Below, one piece after another: positions 44,115 to 52,912 of a stretch of 64,000 nt of DNA. Position 1 is the stretch's first letter; each line of letters opens with the position of its first letter. A program made the translations under genes and the position numbers. Origin of the DNA: Acidobacteriota bacterium (lineage in GTDB: Bacteria; Acidobacteriota; Terriglobia; Terriglobales; Acidobacteriaceae); assembly GCA_021792795.1 (NCBI GenBank), contig JAJYUB010000005.1, forward strand, positions 28,673-92,672. The letters are read 5' to 3'. Under the pieces are notes generated by a model. It saw only the letters and a program-made list of their open reading frames with translations. It was not told where the DNA came from and did not search any database.

Positions 44115-44876
44115 TTACGCAGCAGTCCATCCGCCATCGATCGGCAATACTGCGCCATTGATGAATTCGGCCTCCGCGGAGCAAAGATAACGTACAAGAG
44201 AAGCCACGTCTTCCGGCGTGCCGAGCCTCCCGATGGGTTGCCGCGCAATCAGTTCAGCACGCACCTTGTCTTTTTCATGGGCATGGTATTTTTCCAGATA
44301 GCCCTCTACAAATGGAGTGTCTACTGTTCCGGGCGCAATACAGTTCACGCGCAACTCCTTCGGATAATCGACAGCAAGCTGGCGCGTCATGGCGATTACT
44401 GCACCTTTACTGGCGCAGTAGGCAAACCGCTGCTTCACGCCGACGTAGCCTGCAACCGAACCGATGTTTACGATGCTGCCTCGACTGGCCAGAAGCAAAG
44501 GGAGCGCCGCGCGAGTCACTAGATATACGGACCGTACGTTGACATTCATGATGCGGTCGAAATCTTCTTCATTCGTTTTTGCAATGTCGCCGACCAGGCC
44601 GACGCCCGCATTGTTCACGAGGATGTCCAGGCACTCCAGTTTGGACACCACGGCTTGAATGGAAGCATTGTCGGTCACGTCCATTGGGACCGCAACTGAA
44701 AGAGCGAGCGTCGATGCAAGCTGTTCGGCGGCATCAAGGTGAATGTCCGCAATCAAGACCCTCGCGCCCGCGACATGCAGTGCGCGGCAGGTTGCAGCGC
44801 CGATTCCGCTCGCTCCACCGGTGACGAGGGCCACTTTTCCATCTAAACGATAAGGGCTTGGTTTCTCTTGGTCCAT
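44115..44876 (-). CDS. Short-chain dehydrogenase/reductase (classical SDR)
   Basis: The ATG at 44876 gives MDQEKPSPYRLDGKVALVTGGASGIGAA (TGxxxGxG), with NNAG and YCASKGAV (YxxxK). Confidence 0.9.
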   Translation of the reverse strand: MDQEKPSPYRLDGKVALVTGGASGIGAATCRALHVAGARVLIADIHLDAAEQLASTLALSVAVPMDVTDNASIQAVVSKLECLDILVNNAGVGLVGDIAKTNEEDFDRIMNVNVRSVYLVTRAALPLLLASRGSIVNIGSVAGYVGVKQRFAYCASKGAVIAMTRQLAVDYPKELRVNCIAPGTVDTPFVEGYLEKYHAHEKDKVRAELIARQPIGRLGTPEDVASLVRYLCSAEAEFINGAVLPIDGGWTAA

Positions 44877-45687
44877 TTGAAATACTCCTCTCTTAACTTG
44901 TCTGTTCTCTGTACGATTTCTTCGCCGCCGCGTTCGTTGGAACGATAGGAAGCTTCGACAATGCGCATCGTCTGGATGGCGTCTGCCGCTCCCGTAGGCA
45001 ATTTCTGCGATAGTCCACCGACATAAGCCTGCAACGACCCCATCGAACCGGCAAATCCGTCGGGAACCAGTTACCAGCAATGGGAATGCTTGTGGGGCCC
45101 AGTCCGTGCTCGGCAAGTATCGGCGAATCGGGCTTTCCGGTGGGACAATTCAGGATTGCGCCCATGCGAGCCTGCAAGGCAGCTTCAGTCACTTCCCACT
45201 GCAGATAACTGCGTTGCAAGATAGGGCCGAAATCGTGGCTGTGGTTGGTGGCAATGTAGGCGCGGATCGGCTCCCCGCAGTCTAGAACGATGACCCTTCT
45301 GGTTGCGGCAAGGTCAGGCGTTCTGGGGCTGCGAACGGTCTTCGCGTATACGCTTCTCGGTCCGCCCAGCCACGCGCGGACAAGATCGCTGTAATGAATG
45401 CTGAGGTAAAGGATTTCCAATCTTGGCGCTGCGGCCAGAAAATTCCATAGTTCCCATGGAGTATGCACGTTGACTTGCACCTCCATATCATGGACCGGCC
45501 CAAGAGCGTCTGTCTCGCGAAGAGAGGCAGCAGCCAACATATTCGGCGCCCAGCGCAATTGGAAATTGGCGGCGGCGACCAGTCCCTTCTTGCGGCAAAA
45601 CATCGCGTCTATTGTTCTGCGGGTGGTTCTTCTCGAATCACAAGCGCGTTGTCGTGCCGCAATTGGTTCAATCCCAGCCAGGAGCAT
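44843..45687 (-). pseudogene. Gfo/Idh/MocA oxidoreductase pseudogene, lacking the N-terminal Rossmann domain and carrying a 1-nt frameshift
   Basis: ORF 44893..45687 ends ...IPIAGNWFPTDLPV, and ORF 44843..45043 continues in another frame as MGSLQAYVGGLSQKLPTGAADAIQTMRIVEASYRS. Restoring one base near 45060-45066 gives WFPDGFAGSMGSLQ, the conserved C-terminal domain. No GxGxxG/EKP region exists upstream because the neighbouring gene ends at 45668. Confidence 0.6.
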
Positions 45688-47293
45688 TTGCGCCCTTCAG
45701 CCGTACGGGAAACGAACCGTCCGCGTTGAGCCGCTGTTCGCAAGCCCACTGTACCGGACGCCGGACATTCGCCTTGGTTTCCAGATGGGCAGTCAATTTC
45801 AATTCCACAGCGCCAAGTCCGGGCGGAAGGACCAGAGAAGCCTGCCGCACCTTGCCGGCATAGGGATGCCCTGGGTCCAACGTTCCACTTACGCGGATGG
45901 AACCATCGGCGTTTTCCAGGGTAAGGCGAAGCACGCCGGGTATTCCAGCCACCCCGCGATTGGCCACGCCGACGATGATTTCTTCTGTGCCCCACCGTTT
46001 TCTCTGCCAGATCCAGGCGGGCCGGATGCGATATCCCATCTGTGCCTCGAGTGCTCGAAACCCGTTTGGGAAACGCCGATTGTACTGGGCCAGGTTCTCC
46101 GCTTCCGTCCAGAGCGACCAGTAATTCGCGCCGATATCCAGAACATGCATCATCGCATTTTCACGAAGATTGACGCCGTCGCGGTCCACTGGGATTTGCG
46201 CCATATCGTATGCCCGGTAGGCGCCGTCCTCCATGATCGCCGCCAACCATGGCGGGCGATTGCCCAGTTGCTCAATCTGTATGGGTTCCTCGTCGATAAT
46301 GCTGTCCGATCGAAGCCAGCATCCGGAGCGCATCGCCAGATCCAGCACCTCAGAGTTCCCCACGTGGCTGATGTCCGGCTGTGTATTGACCGCCAACTGC
46401 GTCTTCTTCCAGGTGTCCAACTGGACCTGCGTCATGTGGAGAAACGTCTTCTCGCCGGTCAGAAAGTCTGGGAAGGGACTCGGCAGGTTTTCCGTATGGC
46501 CTTCGCCCCAAAAACCGTACATCATCATGTCCATCCACTCCACTTGTGGATCGCCGTCAAAGCGGGCTGCCAAAAGCTGGTTCAACTCAAGAAACGCGCT
46601 TTGAAATGCTGGGTGGTCGTAGCGCGGCTCAAGAAAGTCGACGTCCTTTCCTCCGTGGAAATTCTTGCGACCGATGCGCACGAGCGGAATTTTATTGTGC
46701 AAGAAATCCGGCAGCGCAAGCCTAGCAGGTTCAAATTCCGGATTTGAAAGCTGAATGCGGAACGCAACCTTCAGACCATGCCGCCGGGCCGCGTCGAGGG
46801 TCAGGTCCCACACCGGACTCAGGTCCAGACGTCCAGCCATCGATTGGACATCGCGCCAGTCGCAGCGAATATACAGCACATCGACGAACGGCAAGCTGGC
46901 CATCTGTTCGACCGACTGTTCGAGGGTCTCCAGGCCCTTGCGTACCCGCAGGGATGGACCGTTCTCCTCCCACGTGTAGCCAACCAATCCCAATCCGAAA
47001 TTCTTGATGTGGGTTTTCGATGGTGTCGTGACGGCAATCGTCTGCTCTCCCTGGTCCTGCGCGATAAAAAACGGCCCTTGATCGAGCCGGTCGGCTAGGC
47101 CATGGGGGCCGCAGTAGGGATACGCTATCCGGTCATCCGCTACTTGTTGGCCCTCTGCTGCCGTATCGCCAGGGAAAAAACTGGCGGCTGCTCCGGCCGC
47201 GAGTCCACCGCGCAGGAAGTTCCGCCTGGAGACCGTTCCTCTTCCGGCAGACGTGTTCGGTTCCGAATCCAATCCAGCAGGGGTAGATTTCAT
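45668..47293 (-). CDS. Tat-exported putative glycoside hydrolase (TIM-barrel, DUF4874/DUF4832- or GH42-like)
   Basis: The ATG at 47293 gives MKSTPAGL...SRRNFLRGGLAAGAAA (twin-arginine signal). YIRCDWRDVQ, KVAFRIQL and MMYGFWGEGHT are present. The family name is from memory only. Confidence 0.6.
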   Translation of the reverse strand: MKSTPAGLDSEPNTSAGRGTVSRRNFLRGGLAAGAAASFFPGDTAAEGQQVADDRIAYPYCGPHGLADRLDQGPFFIAQDQGEQTIAVTTPSKTHIKNFGLGLVGYTWEENGPSLRVRKGLETLEQSVEQMASLPFVDVLYIRCDWRDVQSMAGRLDLSPVWDLTLDAARRHGLKVAFRIQLSNPEFEPARLALPDFLHNKIPLVRIGRKNFHGGKDVDFLEPRYDHPAFQSAFLELNQLLAARFDGDPQVEWMDMMMYGFWGEGHTENLPSPFPDFLTGEKTFLHMTQVQLDTWKKTQLAVNTQPDISHVGNSEVLDLAMRSGCWLRSDSIIDEEPIQIEQLGNRPPWLAAIMEDGAYRAYDMAQIPVDRDGVNLRENAMMHVLDIGANYWSLWTEAENLAQYNRRFPNGFRALEAQMGYRIRPAWIWQRKRWGTEEIIVGVANRGVAGIPGVLRLTLENADGSIRVSGTLDPGHPYAGKVRQASLVLPPGLGAVELKLTAHLETKANVRRPVQWACEQRLNADGSFPVRLKGANAPGWD

Positions 47294-47358
47294 GTCATTG
47301 CCGCTTATGTGGTTTTCTTGAAAGTTAAGATAGCAGTGAACCCGAAAGAGATACACAC

Positions 47359-48429
47359 CTAGCGGACACCAGTCTTCACGGAGGCCAACTCTTTTGAGGC
47401 CAGGAGCGGACTGCAGGATTCTCGCTTGATCAGTTGCGTCGGGATGGTCACCACCTGTGGGGCGAGACTTGGCTGCGCAATTCGATTCAGCACCAGCTTG
47501 ACCATTTGCTGACCCAGTTGCTCCGGAAATTCCCGCGTGGTCGTCAACCCCGGATGGAGCCATGTGCTCGCGGTATCGTCGCAGCCCGCGACACTGACGT
47601 CGTCGGGGACCTTCAGTCCGCTGTCGCGCAACCCTTTGAACACGCCGTGCGCGGTCTGGTCGTTGCCCGCAAGGACCGCCGTGCAAGCCTCTCCCTGCGC
47701 CAGAAGCGACTTGGTATTGATGTAGCCCATTTCCGTTTCATCTTCAAACTCAAGACCGCTCCACCGCGGAACAAGTCCGGCCTCAATCATGGCGCTGCTA
47801 TACCCTTCAAAGTGACGGGCAAACCACGGAAGTCGAAGGTTGCCCACAAACCAGATGTTACGGTGGCCAAGGCTGATGAGGTAGCGAGTCATCTCCTGAC
47901 CGCCTTGAATATCGTCAGAAAAAACAACGTCGCCTTTCAGATTTTTCGGCCCTCCTACCACATTGTTTCCCAAAACGGAGTAGGCAATTCCCTTGTGGTC
48001 CAGCAACTCCAGCAGGTTGGCGGAGTTTGCTCCGGCCAGCACGACCGCCCGCACCACGTCATGGCGCTGCACTGCCTTGGGCAAGTGGAGTTCTTTCCAG
48101 GGAACATTCGGCGAATAATGAAAAGACAGGAAGATCATGTCCCAGCCCTGCGCAGCGCAATAGGCCTCCGCTCCCAGCAGAATCCTGGAATGGAACGAAT
48201 GCAACATGGCCCGGTTGCTCAGCAGGAAGGCCAGGGCCTTGGTCTTGTTTCGTTGAGAAAGATCGACATTCAGCTTGGCGGCCGCATCCCGTACAACATC
48301 TCGGATGGCCGGATCAACATGGCTGTTCCCATTCAATACTCGGGAAACGGTGGCCACGCTGACATCCGCTTCGGCTGCAATTTCCCGCAGTCCTATCTTG
48401 GGTCTCTTGGGATCCGGTTTATGCTTCAT
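47359..48429 (-). CDS. LacI-family transcriptional regulator
   Basis: The ATG at 48429 gives MKHKPDPKRPKIGLREIAAEADVSVATVSRVLNGNSHV, followed by a PBP1 effector domain. Confidence 0.9.
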   Translation of the reverse strand: MKHKPDPKRPKIGLREIAAEADVSVATVSRVLNGNSHVDPAIRDVVRDAAAKLNVDLSQRNKTKALAFLLSNRAMLHSFHSRILLGAEAYCAAQGWDMIFLSFHYSPNVPWKELHLPKAVQRHDVVRAVVLAGANSANLLELLDHKGIAYSVLGNNVVGGPKNLKGDVVFSDDIQGGQEMTRYLISLGHRNIWFVGNLRLPWFARHFEGYSSAMIEAGLVPRWSGLEFEDETEMGYINTKSLLAQGEACTAVLAGNDQTAHGVFKGLRDSGLKVPDDVSVAGCDDTASTWLHPGLTTTREFPEQLGQQMVKLVLNRIAQPSLAPQVVTIPTQLIKRESCSPLLASKELASVKTGVR

Positions 48430-49026
48430 GCGTGCCTTATGACCCCGCCTTTTCAGGGAGTAGACATCGAAATATTCTCTGCGCGGAACAACGGCAAAGT
48501 CCAACACCCTTCAATCATCCCTCTGGATAGTTTCTGTTCGACCACGCCAGTTTATTAAAGATGACGCCATGCAGAAAGGTGCTTGCATCGGATCTGTTTC
48601 CCAATCCAAATGACATCATTATAGGAAAATTTTCACATTACGCAAAGAATACTTTTCATGTTTCTTGATTTCTCGCTCGTGCAATACATGTGTTTATGCA
48701 CGTCTATTTCGAGTGACTGGGCTAGCGGTGACGATTCTCCTATCTGAATCCGACATGGAAAACATCGATTTCGGTGCCTGAATTGTTTTGGCCGGTAAAG
48801 CAGCAAAGACTTGTTGAGATCCGCAACCTGGGCTGACCGGGAGGAGGGCCAGCCTTTCGGATCGCGCTATTCAGAAAGATGTGGAAACCCAAATAGTTAT
48901 TACAAGCGCTGCAGCCTGGAAACAGGTCGGACCCGGCAGAGTGGCGCCTCAAGATGCGATGCAAGCCTTTATGAATCAGAATATTGGCGTATAAGAAAAA
49001 ATGCCTCACTTTATTATAAAAATTGC

Positions 49027-49055
49027 TTGACAATGGGAAATGTATTCAATATCGT
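49027..49055 (+). promoter_or_regulatory. Candidate sigma70-type promoter (TTGACA, 17-nt spacer, TATCGT) upstream of the second TonB-dependent receptor gene
   Basis: CTTGACAAT is shared with the upstream region of the first receptor gene (37535-37543). Pattern match only. Confidence 0.3.
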
Positions 49056-49114
49056 GCCTATATATTTACGGAGAGCCCCCCTTCTATTCATGAAATACGT
49101 AACCGAGGAGTGAA

Positions 49115-52100
49115 ATGAAAAAATATTCAAACGCTATAATCGGAATCTGTTTCTGTCTGCTACTGACCTGCGCGGCAGTTGTTGCCCAGACGATTACAGG
49201 GTCGGTACGCGGTACAGTGACCGACCCAAGCGGCGAGGTTGTCGCTGGAGCAAAGGTCACCGCCACGAACGTGGCCACCGGCGTGACCACAAGCACGGTT
49301 ACGGATCGTAGCGGTCTTTACAACATACAGTTCTTGACGATCGGGCAGTACAAGATCACCGCAACCGCATCTGGCTTCAATACCACATCGATTGGTCCAT
49401 TCCGTTTGCAGATCGACCAGATTGCCAAGATCGACGCGAAGCTGCAGGTTGGCGCGGCCGCCACCACAGTCAGTGTCGCAGCGAGCACGGCCCCGATCCT
49501 GAACACGGAAAATGCCACGCTTGGCACCACCATCAGTTCCAACACCCTGCAAAACATGCCGCTGAATGGTCAGAACGTCAATTTCGCGACCATGTTTGTA
49601 CCTGGGGCCGTCGACCCTACCGTTGGGGCCATGGGCAGTCTGCAAGGCTCGGAGCGCGATACCAGCATCGGTGGCGGCGGCCAGGGCGCGCAGGCGGTCC
49701 CGTCTTTCAGCGGCAATCGCCAGCAAGCGAACAACTACGTTTTGGACGGCATCGAAATCAACGAGACGCTGAACAACTTGATCGGCTACAATCCCTCTCC
49801 TTATTCAATCCAGGAGATGCGCGTGATCACAGGCAATGCCGATGCCGAGTACGGAAACGTAAACGGCGGCGAAGTCGTGATGGTCACCAAGAGCGGGACC
49901 AACCATTTCCACGGCAACGCTTATGAGTACTTTGAAAACCAGAGTCTGACGGCCAACTCATGGCAAAATAATTTTTTCCATGTGGCAAAAGGCAAATATA
50001 CCCAAAACCAGTTTGGCGGTGCGGTGGGCGGCCCTATTTTCAAGAACAAACTGTTCTTCTTCGCCGACTATGCCGGGATGCACTACAACGTTCCGACCAG
50101 TCAGGGAGTTGCGAGCGTTCCTGACGCGAAGATGCGCGCGGGAGATTTCTCGGAATTGTTGACCACCCCGGGGTATGGTATCCAGTTGTACGACAATTCC
50201 AACGGAACAGCGAGTGCCACCCCTTACACGAACGACCAGATCCCCATCAACAATCCGGTGGCCAAGTACCTCTTCGGCAACATAGCGGCCCTGCCGATGC
50301 CCAATCAGGCCCCTGTTTCCGGCAGCATCTCGTCGGGCAACTACATTGGGAAAGTCAGTTCCTTCAACGCCAACCAGCAGGGCGATCTGCGCATCGACTA
50401 CACCATCAGTCCCAAAGATTCGTTGATGGGCAAATACACCGATGGCGATGCCTACGATCAGACCACGCAGGCCGTTCTGCCAGTGTATTTCCCGCTTGGA
50501 GACGACTACCCCTTCAAGATGGCCATGGTCAACTGGGTACACACGTTTTCGCCTTCGCTGGTCAATGAGGCCCGTGGCGGATATTCGCGTATTGTCTGGC
50601 ACCAGGCGCTTCCGTCGGACCCATCGGGCCTGTTCGGATTGAATGGCGAGCATGTGGTGGGAATTCCGTTCCTCAACCAACCGATCGTGGGATTCAGTTT
50701 CATGGCCATCTCCAATTGTTCCCTCAGCAACGATTGGAGCTGCTATGGCACCAGCACCAACGCGGACAACTTCCTTGCCGACGACAACCTCGACTTTGGG
50801 GACGATTTGACTTGGGAGCACGGGAACCACGTCACCAAAGCCGGCGCCCAGTTCCTGCAGTATCGGCAGGACTTCTTCACCCCGGGGAACCTGGGTGGCG
50901 CGCTGGGCGCATTTGGATACAACGGCACTTTCACGTCCGGCCCGAGCGGCAGTTATCCATTTGCAGACTTCGCCGTGAATGATGCCAGCCAGGCCCAACT
51001 CAGCGGCGTAAGTGCCCCGTTTGCACAACGGCAATGGCGCCAAGCGTACTACGTCCAGGACGACTGGAAAGTGCTTCCGAGCCTGACTTTGAACCTGGGC
51101 CTGCGCTACGCCTATGACCAGCCCATCTATGAGGTCAACAACCGAATGTCCAGCATCAACCTGAAGACTGCCGCTTTTGCGCCTTTCTCTCAGTATGCGG
51201 AGAACATGCCGGCCGGGGTCAACCCGCCATGGTTTGAGTTGGCCGGGCAAAATGGCAACAGCCGCGCGCTGTACAACCCGGTTTACAACGAGTTGATGCC
51301 ACGCTTCGGCTTTGCCTGGCAGATGAATCCCAAGGTGGTGCTGCGCGGTGGATACGGAATCACCGACTATCAGGAAGGCACGGGCACTGGCCTGCGCATG
51401 ACGCAGAACCCGCCTTTTCAGGCATCTTTCAGCGAGGGGGCGCAGAAGGTAAGCGCAACCTCCGGTGGAACACCCTTTCAAACGCAAAATGGCTTTACTC
51501 AAGTGGCGAGTCACGGGAACCAGAATGCAGCCATCGCCCAGGGTTCTCAGTTCGATGTCTGGGACCCGAACTTTCGTCCAGCCATGGTCCAGCAGTTCAA
51601 CCTGACAACGCAGTTTCTCATCAATGACCAGACCTCCGTTTCGATCGGTTACGCTGGAGAGATCGGTCAGCGTCTGGCCGTTCCCAATGGCGTCAACCAG
51701 TACACCAACCTTGTTCCCGCCACCTGTGCGACCCCCGGCCCCAATGGTGGCTGCGCGCATCTCGTAGACCCATACGACAGCGTGGTGGGACCGAGCGGCT
51801 TCATCATCGATACGCAAGCGGAGGGCATTGAAAACTACAATGCCATGCAGGTGGTCCTCCAGCGCCAGCAAACCAATGGTCTGGAGTATCAACTCAACTA
51901 CACATGGTCGAGATCCATGACAGACAACCCCGGATATTTTGGGATGAATGGAAGCGATGAGGGAGACTCATTGCCGCAAAATGCGTACGATCTCATGGGA
52001 GACTACGGCCCTTCCGGCTCCGATACTCGACAGAACCTGTCGGGCACATTGGTGTACCAACTGCCGTTCGGCCGCCAGAAGAAGTTTGGCGCGAATTGGA

Positions 52101-52651
52101 ACCGACTGACAGACGAGACGCTGGGCGGATGGGAGCTTTCTGGCGATGCCATGCTCTACTCTGGCCTCCCGGTCACCATCACAACCTTCAATACCACTGG
52201 CAGTACCAACAGCGCACAGGAGAATGATGACGGCGTGGAGCGCGCCAACCAGTACATTCCGATGAAGATCGTGCATCGGACAACACAGAACTGGTTCGGC
52301 ACCGATCCATCCGCATTGCCTTGCCGGCAGCAGCAAACCGTGACCAACAGCCTGGGTGCGGCTTGCGCGTATGGCCAGCCAGGAGGACCCACTCTGGCGG
52401 ACCAGTTTGGCAACGACCGCGTCGGCACCGAGCGCGCCCCAGGGTATCGGCAGATTGACCTGTCGGCTTTCAAGGAGTTCCGGACTGTCGGAAAACAATG
52501 GGTCAAGCTACGCGTAGACGCATTCAACGCTTTTAACTTGGCGAGCTATATGCCTCCTAGAGAAGACATCGATAGCAAGCAGTTCGGTCAGATCCACGGT
52601 ACCTTGTCTCCGCCGCGGCAGATCCAGTTGTCTGTGGTCTATCAGTTCTAG
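49115..52651 (+). CDS. TonB-dependent outer-membrane receptor with carboxypeptidase-regulatory-like N-terminal domain
   Basis: 1178 aa. ITGSVRGTVTDPSGEVVAGAKVTATNVATGVTTSTVTDRSGLYNIQFLTIGQYKI, then plug and barrel, with the C-terminus ...LSVVYQF. It is a paralogue of 37627..41142. Confidence 0.85.
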   Translation: MKKYSNAIIGICFCLLLTCAAVVAQTITGSVRGTVTDPSGEVVAGAKVTATNVATGVTTSTVTDRSGLYNIQFLTIGQYKITATASGFNTTSIGPFRLQIDQIAKIDAKLQVGAAATTVSVAASTAPILNTENATLGTTISSNTLQNMPLNGQNVNFATMFVPGAVDPTVGAMGSLQGSERDTSIGGGGQGAQAVPSFSGNRQQANNYVLDGIEINETLNNLIGYNPSPYSIQEMRVITGNADAEYGNVNGGEVVMVTKSGTNHFHGNAYEYFENQSLTANSWQNNFFHVAKGKYTQNQFGGAVGGPIFKNKLFFFADYAGMHYNVPTSQGVASVPDAKMRAGDFSELLTTPGYGIQLYDNSNGTASATPYTNDQIPINNPVAKYLFGNIAALPMPNQAPVSGSISSGNYIGKVSSFNANQQGDLRIDYTISPKDSLMGKYTDGDAYDQTTQAVLPVYFPLGDDYPFKMAMVNWVHTFSPSLVNEARGGYSRIVWHQALPSDPSGLFGLNGEHVVGIPFLNQPIVGFSFMAISNCSLSNDWSCYGTSTNADNFLADDNLDFGDDLTWEHGNHVTKAGAQFLQYRQDFFTPGNLGGALGAFGYNGTFTSGPSGSYPFADFAVNDASQAQLSGVSAPFAQRQWRQAYYVQDDWKVLPSLTLNLGLRYAYDQPIYEVNNRMSSINLKTAAFAPFSQYAENMPAGVNPPWFELAGQNGNSRALYNPVYNELMPRFGFAWQMNPKVVLRGGYGITDYQEGTGTGLRMTQNPPFQASFSEGAQKVSATSGGTPFQTQNGFTQVASHGNQNAAIAQGSQFDVWDPNFRPAMVQQFNLTTQFLINDQTSVSIGYAGEIGQRLAVPNGVNQYTNLVPATCATPGPNGGCAHLVDPYDSVVGPSGFIIDTQAEGIENYNAMQVVLQRQQTNGLEYQLNYTWSRSMTDNPGYFGMNGSDEGDSLPQNAYDLMGDYGPSGSDTRQNLSGTLVYQLPFGRQKKFGANWNRLTDETLGGWELSGDAMLYSGLPVTITTFNTTGSTNSAQENDDGVERANQYIPMKIVHRTTQNWFGTDPSALPCRQQQTVTNSLGAACAYGQPGGPTLADQFGNDRVGTERAPGYRQIDLSAFKEFRTVGKQWVKLRVDAFNAFNLASYMPPREDIDSKQFGQIHGTLSPPRQIQLSVVYQF

Positions 52652-52679
52652 CTGTAATAGTTTTCGCACTTAGGCTCCT

Positions 52680-52709
52680 CCGATGAATGCCGATCATCGC
52701 TTTCATCGG
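52680..52709 (+). terminator. Hairpin (8-bp stem CCGATGAA/TTCATCGG, 14-nt loop) 29 nt after the receptor stop codon
   Basis: Read directly. There is no U tract and the loop is long, so this is a weak call. Confidence 0.15.
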
Positions 52710-52912
52710 AAGGGCGGCCTGTGGAAAGTTTTGTGTCGGCAAAGATTGGCGGGAGGGACCGATCTCCGTTTTGAATGACTCACATTTTAGGCGAGCATCC
52801 CCACCAGGAAACCCGCCTTGCGCGTGTTGTTCTGACAGAGAGAGCAGGGTTCCGCCAGCCAAATGCTTATAGTTACCCGGAACAGTGCTCCAGCGACGAC
52901 AAAAGGGCCTGA

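Noticed and set aside
48510-49114. 600-bp AT-richer gap upstream of the second receptor gene (ORFs 48740..49033 and 48811..49113) as a small protein gene, riboswitch or sRNA
   Set aside because: The ORFs have implausible composition and no RBS. I could not recognise any known riboswitch core or a convincing extended secondary structure. It most likely contains divergent promoters and operators for the LacI gene and the receptor gene.
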